Source: Octopus sinensis
Taxonomy: Eukaryota
Assembly (NCBI RefSeq): GCF_006345805.1
Contig: NW_021834530.1
Coordinates: forward strand, 1-47,938
DNA length: 47,938 nucleotides
Direction: 5' to 3'
The stretch's first letter is position 1. The number at the start of each line of letters is the position of its first letter. A program made the translations under genes and the position numbers. Below, piece by piece: positions 39,055 through 47,938 of the stretch. The notes under the pieces are model-generated. The model did not search any database and was not told the DNA's origin. It worked only from the letters and a program-made list of their open reading frames with translations.

Positions 39055-39270
39055 GTATGTGTGTGTGTATATCTGTGTGGGACCCTTTGTGCTTGTGCCT
39101 CCAGCATTTAGCAATTTCTATCGGTCTGGTTACGCTCTCTCATTGAGCAGCTTCGCAAAAAGAGACCTATAGAGTAAAAGTACAGGGCTGACGAGAAATA
39201 CTGAGGTTTGCCGAAACGCATCAAAGCGATGCACCGGAAGTCCAATCACTGTAAGAAATAAAAGACTAAA
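39055..39270 (+). mobile_element. Old SINE family A 3' half
   Basis: ttcgcaaaaagagacctatagagtaaaagtacaggg...aaagcgatgcacc. Confidence 0.55.
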
Positions 39271-40431
39271 ACGATAGTGCTGTACAGGTTTAAGCAATAG
39301 AAAATCTTCGTAATTTCATAACGCCCGGCAACATTTGCACCGCTTTTTAGACATCACAATATCCCCCATGAGGATCACTGCAGAATATTAACAGGGAAGT
39401 TTCCGAAATCAACTCTAGAATATAACTGGTATACTTATTTAATCTAATTCAGAGGGCTTCTTCTTGAACATGAGTCACCCACAACAGACCGAGAGCAGAA
39501 CTATCATCAATCTAGTCATCAGCAGCGACTTATAAGATAATATTTATTGAAGTTTTTAAAGAAGGTAATGTTTGATTGAAAACTGGATAACATGATAGTG
39601 CAAACCTTAGCAAAGAATTGTGTCAAAGGAATAGCATTTGCTTTAACTCGACTTTAAACGTGAATATAACTCCTAACAATCATTATTTCCTTTGTTGTTA
39701 AAAAAAGCTAAATAGTTGGGAAATGTGCGGAAATGAAGTCTAGTTGTGTTGGCGATGTCGCTAAATTGAAACAGGTGAAAAAATAATGAACTTAATTATA
39801 AAGCGAAAGATAACAGCGAACTATGATGCAATTACATCTGTTGTGACAGGATATACTGTTTAACTGAAAAATTCCTCGGGGACATAAGTATAGAATGAAA
39901 TGTTTGGTAACTAAACATAACGAAAGCTATCAAACAAAGCATATCTACAGCACCCGAGGAAAGACAAACACAAGGAATGTCACATCGCTTTCGAATAAAT
40001 CTGGTAGTTTAAGGAGGGAGGCATTGATAACACATCAGTAAGCTTGTTTGTAGTGGTTGTTGGTTGATGAATAAATACGATACGTCATTCATGAAGCCAA
40101 TGAGATAAATAACAATTTCGTCGTACTACGTTCAATATCTACTCACAAACACGCACACACGTTATATAAGCGAAAAGAAATAGCTCAGAGTGGTAAATGG
40201 CATGTATTTATCTACAAACACGGGAGTTAACTTCGGCTGTATTTCGGTTGTATTAAAACCTCATCACCAAGCAATGGAATTAAACTTACACATTGCAGGC
40301 AACGAAAGCTATAAAACAAATATAATGCACAGTATTTAGCTATATTTCAATTTTATATTTTATCCTTACGGGTTTGTAACTAATATATCTGCCAAGTGCA
40401 GGTGTTAATTCTGTAACTATATATAATTACG

Positions 40432-40436
<5 letters not shown>

Positions 40437-40492
<56 letters not shown>

Positions 40493-40503
40493 GTAATAAT
40501 AAT
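40437..40503. repeat. (AAT)n microsatellite
   Basis: Direct inspection. Confidence 0.95.
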
Positions 40504-41351
40504 AGGGAGTAAAACGTAAGTTTTACTTATTATATATTGTTTATTCATTTTTGTACTTTTTGTGATCTAGTTATATGTTTTATTTTTTATTTATGATTTG
40601 GTTTATGTCTATCATTGATTGAATTGCATAATAGTGGGTTTTTTCTCTAATTTATATCTGATATATACATATGTGTGTGTGTGTGCGTGTGTGTGTGTAT
40701 GTATTTATATGTGTATGTTTGTGTGTTTGTGTGTGTGTGTGTGTGTGAACATTATAGAAAACGCAGTAACTCAGAAGAACTGAGATCGAAGCCTGATAGC
40801 TGTCTAAATTAACAATGTAAAGACACTTTTTTTTAAAACTGCTATTCAGTTACCAATTCTTCCCACCTCGACATTTCACGTCTTTTCCTCCATTTTACCA
40901 TTTATGAACTTAATATGAAACAGACCTGGAAATATAAAGCAGATCAATGTTCTGCAGACATTTATATATCACTATTAAAATTACCGATGCCAGTTTCTGA
41001 TCAATATTGAGACTGCGAAGACAGGTATTGAAGAAATATATGACAACTGCGAATATTGAATATATTATGTCAGAATAGTTCACCGAACACATTCTCATTA
41101 ATGCTTGACCTGCACAAGTCGAGGGCAAAGTTTAGATTGTTTCATCATGATTTACAAGTTGAAGTCTTGTGGTGGACAGTAATGGCGGTGGTGTTTGATG
41201 GGTTTTCATTGGAATATATTTAGACAGATATGCCCATACATGCATCAACACACACATACATTGACACAGACATACTTCGACGATACACGCATACATCGAA
41301 GATACACACACACAAACATACATATTTATGAAAAAAGAAACAGTGAAAGGT

Positions 41352-41598
41352 CCTTCATGAGCCATGGGATTTTAAGGTCATTTTTCCGCATGTTTTGCCG
41401 TGTATGTTCCATCCTTACACCTGGACAAGACGCCTGTCCGTCGACTGATTATTCCTTTTCACCAACTGAGTGGACTGGAAAAATTTGAAATGAAGTGTTT
41501 TGCTCATGAAAACAAATCATTACCCAGTCGGGGAAATCGAAAACACAATCTTAGGATAATAAATGCAGCACCCTAAGCATAAAGTTATGCGCCTCCAC
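41352..41598 (-). mobile_element. SINE family B variant (head, body Y, tail 2), diverged
   Basis: Minus strand: gtggaggcgcat...tgagcaaaacacttcatttca...ccagtccactcagttgg...cgacggacaggcgtcttgtccaggtg...catggctcatgaagg. Confidence 0.8.
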
Positions 41599-41673
41599 AC
41601 ACAGACACACACACAAACACATAGATACATAGATAACTAACTAACCAAATAAATTAATAAACACATACATATA

Positions 41674-41887
41674 CAGGGTGGCCCAGAAGTAGGTTTACAG
41701 TTATTCAACTTTGTCTTTCGCATTCATATATTAACAGTTTAGATCTTAATTATAAAAAAAAATATGAAACTGTTATTCTTTGCTAATTTGGTTAATTGTA
41801 AGATAGAAATTTAAATGTAATAAAATGTTTTAAAAGAAATTTAAAGTGCTTACGTGATAACTGTAAACCTACTTTTGGGTCACCCTG
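41674..41887. mobile_element. 214-bp Tc1/pogo-type MITE
   Basis: TIR cagggtggcccagaagtaggtttacagttat / ataactgtaaacctacttttgggtcaccctg, with TA on both sides. Confidence 0.92.
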
Positions 41888-41923
41888 TATATATATACAT
41901 GCATACATACATATGTATATATA

Positions 41924-41979
<56 letters not shown>

Positions 41980-42145
41980 TATGTAGATGAATGAATTATC
42001 CTATGTTTATTGTCAGCATGGAAAATTCGTTCAATCGAAACCTGGGTAGCAAATTCACGTCAGAAACACGGTTGAAGCGACCTGTCAAGGGTAGAAACTC
42101 CGCGTTCATGTGTAGAAATGTGTGTGTGTATATGAATAAATGAAC

Positions 42146-42355
42146 GAATGGAGTCGAACGAAGATGTTAACAAAAATCCTTTACTCTCGACACATGTTTC
42201 GAAGACAGCATATTTTTATTCCAAAGGAATAAAGGGTGCATTATGTAATCTTCTCATCAGGAAAGAAAAGGAGCCTCTCTCAACAACAAGACAAACAAAA
42301 ATTTCGATATTGCCTACATGAGGATTTTTGTTAACATCTTCGTTCGACTCCATTC
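42146..42355 (-). mobile_element. 210-bp element with perfect 35-bp terminal inverted repeats enclosing a hammerhead ribozyme
   Basis: gaatggagtcgaacgaagatgttaacaaaaatcct (42146-42180) and its exact reverse complement (42321-42355). Confidence 0.8.
42178..42271 (-). ncRNA. Type I hammerhead ribozyme (predicted)
   Basis: Minus strand: stem I CCUUUUCUUUC, core CUGAUGA, stem II GAAGAU...GUCUUC, GAAA, CAUGUG, UC cleavage site, stem I' GAGAGUAAAGG. All conserved core nucleotides are present, with a GUC triplet. Confidence 0.8.
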
Positions 42356-42599
42356 TCATATATATATATTATATATATATATATATTATATATTATTAAT
42401 ATGTGTGTATATATACCTATATATTCTTAATGGATAATGAACTTGAAATCTACAAAATTATTGGGTAGCCCTTCAGATTAATGTAAAATTGCATTTGTAA
42501 TAACTGAGTATAAAACCTCTCTGTAGACAATATTTTTGGTTTTACCTTGCGGGGCAAATGCCAATAGATTGTTTTTGGTTCGCACTCTGGGGCGGCCGG

Positions 42600-43448
42600 C
42601 ATACATTGTTCATTAAGGGGTCTTACTAACCTCCTGAAATTTTAGGAATATTACTTCATTTGTGCCTAATATCTATGGTTAAAGTTTCATTAACTGCAAA
42701 AATATATGGATTTTCATGGGGGTTATGGCCTCATTTATGCCTCCTCACTTTTAAACGTATACTGCATTACATCCGCCCTAATGCTTTGAATATAATTTGC
42801 AAATTTCATAAAGATCCATTCAGTACTTTTGACTTTGATTTCGATCATTAAAAAATTACTAAAATTTGGGAGTTAAGGCCCCCATTATGGGGTCATAGAA
42901 TCCTCATGAGAAGTGGAAACTTTGCGAATACTTCTTGATTTGTGTCAATTACCTATTGTTAGAATTTCATCAACATCGGAAATTTATGAATTTTCATGGG
43001 GGTTGGGTCCTGCCCCTTTCGACACCCTCAAATTCAAATTAAACATACTGCATTCTACCCGCCCTTATGTATTGAATCTAAGTTCCAAATGTCATAAGGA
43101 TCCATTCAGTAATTTTGGTTCATGAAAAATGACTAAAATCTGGCGGGGTTAAGCCCACATCAGGGGGTTTTTGAATCATCCAAAGAAATGGAAATTTTGG
43201 GTATATTTCTAAATTTATTTCTAATACTTATGGTTCAAATTTCATCAAAATCCGAAGCATCTGAATTTTCACGGGGATTCTGTCCCCCTTTATGCCCTCT
43301 CAGAATTGTATGAAACATACGGCATTACCCTTCTCCCTAGGCTTGGATTTTGTGCTCCAAATTACATTAGGGTCGGTCTTGTAATTTTCGAGTCTATAAG
43401 TAAGACACGAACACACGAACACACAGACATTGACTTTTATATAATAGA
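42600..43448 (-). mobile_element. Helitron-like non-autonomous element with ~275-280-bp internal tandem units (3' end not found)
   Basis: Minus strand starts A|TCTATTATATAAAAG then GTCTGTGTG, like the 36457 element. Diverged units start at 42636, 42916 and 43191. Confidence 0.6.
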
Positions 43449-43466
43449 TAATAACATGTATATATA

Positions 43467-43511
<45 letters not shown>

Positions 43512-44588
43512 TTATATCACTATAAATTTTAAAAAATTACAAGAAATATAATCAAATTTGTTTATATATCAGAAATCGCTAAAACAGAAATCGCTAAAAC
43601 GTATTCAAGACCAACCAACGGGGGCAGAGTCTATATAATTTAAGAATCTGCACAGCGGTGCTCCAGCTTGGTCGCAGTCCACAGACAGAAACAATTTAAA
43701 GGGGGAAATAATAAACGGCACGAGCTTTGATGTTTCATATCATCATACCGGAAGTTCTGTCACAAACCAACATCATGGCTACCGACATAATAAACGCATT
43801 TGGCTGTAAGATTACACAATTCATTTACTTCTTTGAACACAGAATAATGTTGGCTGAGCATCTTTGTACCAACTAATTTGATTAATTCGAACACCATAGG
43901 ATGCTTTGTAAGACTGCCTTGCAGAAGAATTTATGTTTATCTCTCACCATGTTTGCTTGGATTCTTACGTCGACGACCAAATATGTTGAGTTAATGAAGA
44001 AAATGTCAGGAAAATGTTATGTAAATGAATGAAGTCACGAAGAATTAGTTTTATTTGCTTGGCAACACATACAAACGCGAGGTGAGAAGATGTTTATCCA
44101 ATAGAAATACTTGTACTGTTAACGACCAAGTTTTTGAGCCAACGATAATGTCACACCGCGCTCTCTCGACCTGCTAAGCATACCAGCCAAAATCGCTTTC
44201 TCTGTTTTAATATAAGAAAGAGATTTGCAACGGTAGTGATGTAGCACTCAGTAACAAAAACGCGATAATTACCGCGTAATTGCTCTTCATCATTAGTTCT
44301 TGGATTTGCTTAATTAGTGCTAAGTAACAATACGACAACAACAACAACAGTAACAACAACAGTAATAGGAACCACAACAGTAACAAGAACCACGACCCAG
44401 TTTTAATTGGGGAACAACTGAAGACTTCGCTTTTAGTATAGTCAGTCTCGAAAACGCCAGGCTGTTGTGGACTCTTCCCATTCCTGAAGCAATCAACAAC
44501 TTTAACCTCCAGTTAAAATTTCAAGGGACACAAGACATGCCATCATCAACTTCATTATGTAGTCAGCATTTTTTTTTTTGTTATCATA

Positions 44589-44990
44589 GGCGCAGGAGTG
44601 GCTGTGTGGTAAGTAGCTTGTTTACCAACCTCATGGTTCCGGGTTCAGTCCCACTGCGTGGCACCTTGGGCAAGTGTCTTCTACTATAGTCTCGCGCCGA
44701 CCAAAGCCTTATGAGTGGATTTGGTAGGCGGAAACTGAAAGAAGCCCGTCGTATATATGTATATATATATATGCGTGGTGTTGTTTTTGTGTGTCTGTAT
44801 TTGTCCCCCTAGCATTGCTTGACAACCGATCTGGTGTGTTTTTATGTCCCCGTTACTTAGCGGTTCAGCAAAAGAGACCGATAAAATAAGTACTGGGCTT
44901 ACAAAAGAATAAGTCCCGGGGTCGAGTTGCTCGATTAAAGGCGGTGCTCCAGCATGGCCGCAGTCAAATGACTGAAACAAGTAAGAGTAA
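44589..44990 (+). mobile_element. SINE family A, full length
   Basis: Aligns end to end with the 36508 copy. Confidence 0.95.
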
Positions 44991-45309
44991 TTCCACAGAA
45001 TTTGTATAAACCAACTATAGTTCATGAGAACAATGTTGATTTATTGGGGTAAATATGTCAAATTTTCCCGTTTACTTAGTATTTGATATACAGTACTAAT
45101 CTACATAGTACTGTATAACAATTATTTACTGTTTTGATAATATATATATATATTGAACTATACAACTAATTACACAACATACGGCTTTACAGTTACCAAA
45201 ACATATTTTACAATTATGTTTATAAGTTTGTTTTAAAGATAGATTGGATAATGTAGTCGTAAAGATATTAAATTATGGGATATTCGCGACGGGAACGCTT
45301 TTGATTGTA

Positions 45310-45648
45310 TTGGGTTGTTCGGAAAGTTCATGCCGATTTATAGTAGCTTACCTTCGACTCATTTTAGAATATGGTTGAGTCCATGAAATAGGATTTGACT
45401 ACACCTCATTTAGAGCACAGATTAAGCTATCTTTTCGTGGAAGAAGGTTTATGTTCCTATAACCTGTGTTAATTCTTAATCCTTTAAAATGGAAGATAAG
45501 AAAGTTCATTTTCGGCACTTGATGCTTTGGAAACCAGACAAAATTGCTGCAGCTCGACTGGGATGTGTTACCCGCGCCCCTCCCTATTCACCAGATATTG
45601 CTCCTTCGGATTTCCACTTATTCAGGTCTCGCATGAATAGTCTTAATG
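45310..45648 (+). mobile_element. Second copy of the deleted mariner, lacking its 3' TIR
   Basis: TA plus the same TIR; MEDKKVHFRHLMLW joined to ...PPYSPDIAPSDFHLFRS. Confidence 0.9.
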
Positions 45649-45651
45649 GTA

Positions 45652-46175
45652 TGCTAGATGGACGAAATACTGCGAAGCATTTTGTCCGCCGTCCTAACAA
45701 TTCTGCCAGCTCACAGTTTTACAACAAACAACAACAACCCATTCTACTATAAGCACAAGACAAGAAATGTACTTAATTTATGGACCCCGAAAGGGATCAA
45801 AGGCATAGTCGACCTCGGTGGAATTTGAACTCAGAACATCAAGATGGACGAAATACCGCTAAGCATTTTGTCGGCGTCTTCAAAATTCCGCCAGCTCACT
45901 GCTTTACAACAACAGCAGCAGCAGCAGCAACAACAACAATAACATAATGAATGAATTATCCCAGCTTAAGAGAAATGTTCCAGAAAATGTGTTTCTAACG
46001 ATAAAAGTAAGAAAATTGAAGATCATAAAACTAAAAAAAAAAGGATGTTAGACAATTAAATCTACCATTATACTTCAACGGAACTTTATTTCATCAACCT
46101 CAGATGTATGAGAGGTCGTACTGATCTCAGCTGGATTTGAACCCAGAATGTAAAGGAACGATACAAATCCGGCAA
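45652..46175 (-). mobile_element. Cluster of SINE family C fragments
   Basis: gatggacgaaatac...aattc(t/c)gccagctcac occurs twice; gtcgacctcggtggaatttgaactcagaac; an older fragment lies at 46085-46175. Confidence 0.75.
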
Positions 46176-47132
46176 GGCAGGTGTTCTACGATTTGACGAT
46201 AAGATGTCATAATGCCAGTTTCTTTTAATATTCGTCAGGTTATTTGCTGCTCGGAACGAAAGAGCAAATTTGTTAAAGAATTACCATTTTTGTTATTTGG
46301 AATCCACTTTGAAATAGTTTATTCTCTTCGTTTGGTACCATCTGTTTCTTAGAATTATTTTTGCAATTGCCTCTGGAAATGAGCTCTGCAGCAAGCTGTT
46401 GTGGCTGTTGCAGCATCTCCTACTGATGCTTGAATACGAAGAATAAGGGGGGAAGAGAAAGAGTGGGGAGTTGGGGTTGTCAGTGATACAGAATTGATGC
46501 TGTTGGTGCCATTAGGCAGGAAGTAATGGAAGCATCAGAGAGTATGTATGTATGGGTTGGCTCATTAATAATGCACTGCAAAGAAAATGGTAAAGATAGT
46601 AATGGATTGATGTCAGGCCATGCAATGATGGAATGGAGATATTTCTGCTGACTGAAATAACAGAAGAAAGAATGCGTGGCGATTCTTAGAAATGGCAATT
46701 ATGCCATAACGTTTGACATGTACCCATTGAGCAGGTTTCAAAGAAGAAACTATCTCAACAGACATCAGAAGAAGAAAGAAGGAAAGAATTATGGGAAGAA
46801 TTTCGCTTGTATTTGGATAGATTCTTGTTTTTACTTGATTTATTGGAAAAGGAAAATTTGAAGCATTTATTTGAACGAACACACACACAAGCACTACGCA
46901 CACACACATATACGCAAACATACGCAACAGGCACAAACGCATACTCGCATATATGCACATGTATACACACACGCATACACTAATACCATGCACTAATACA
47001 CACACACATGCTCGGTTACACATATACACACATGATGTATGTATATGTGTGTGAATGTATGTATCTATGTATGTATATATATATATATATATATGCATTC
47101 CCACACACACACCCACACTTGTCTATATATAT

Positions 47133-47181
<49 letters not shown>

Positions 47182-47196
47182 ATATGTATATATCTA

Positions 47197-47227
<31 letters not shown>

Positions 47228-47504
47228 ATATAATATATATATATACATACAATACATATATTTATATATACCTTATTCACGTACATATTCCTATACTCAC
47301 ATATTTACACGGGGTTCACGTGAGCACCTGCTGTACACATGTATGTCCTTTCTGCGCAGGAACGTTCATTCATGAACGCACATACAGACGCATGTATAGA
47401 AACATGTAGCATATGATGCATACACATACACATACCTATTTATTTATACACACACATATATATATGTGTGTGTGGGCGTGTGTGTCCAAATCTCTGTGTA
47501 TGCA

Positions 47505-47566
<62 letters not shown>

Positions 47567-47721
47567 ATAGGCAAGGAAAAATTATAAAAAGGCAGAATGC
47601 TAAATTTACGGGAAATTTTAATGAAAATGGGTGTATGGAAAATGGAAAATTTTGAAAGATTAATAATATATATATATATTAATTCAACGTGACTTTTCAA
47701 GAATTGTAAGGTGAAGAGAAA

Positions 47722-47785
<64 letters not shown>

Positions 47786-47890
47786 ATATGTATATATGTA
47801 TATATACACTCATGATGCTGGCTCAGGATTACAAATACACTGATATGCAGTTACATGCTCTCATACCTGTGTATGCCAAAGACCACAAAC

Positions 47891-47938
<48 letters not shown>

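Noticed and set aside
39187-39225. CTGACGA...GAAA motif
   Set aside because: Lies in a decayed SINE A tail, and the stems do not form.
1434-47700. Numerous YIYI/HTHT/CVCV/RERE ORFs and poly-E/K/I/N/H/D ORFs in the ORF track
   Set aside because: They are translations of di- and trinucleotide microsatellites that lack stop codons.

Overview
AT-rich, microsatellite-saturated, repeat-dense eukaryotic DNA with no recognisable intact host gene. The SINE repertoire and (TA)n/(CA)n density suggest an octopus (coleoid cephalopod) intergenic or intronic region; this is an inference. Contents: more than 25 tRNA-derived SINE copies or fragments from three superfamilies; dead LINE fragments (L1/Tx1, R4/Dong, RTE, CR1); two copies of an internally deleted mariner; two Tc1/mariner MITEs; a DDE transposase relic; three non-autonomous Helitron-like elements; and a 3.6-kb trinucleotide patchwork. 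The most interesting signal is an apparently intact type I hammerhead ribozyme on the minus strand (42178-42271), inside a 210-bp unit bounded by perfect 35-bp inverted repeats. Several other (TA)n-embedded mini-elements have related architecture and degenerate hammerhead cores, pointing to non-autonomous Penelope-like or retrozyme-like retroelements. One SINE superfamily also shows all four combinations of two body modules and two tail modules. Nearly all listed ORFs are artefacts of simple repeats. All alignments and folds were done by eye, and the ends of diverged repeats are approximate.
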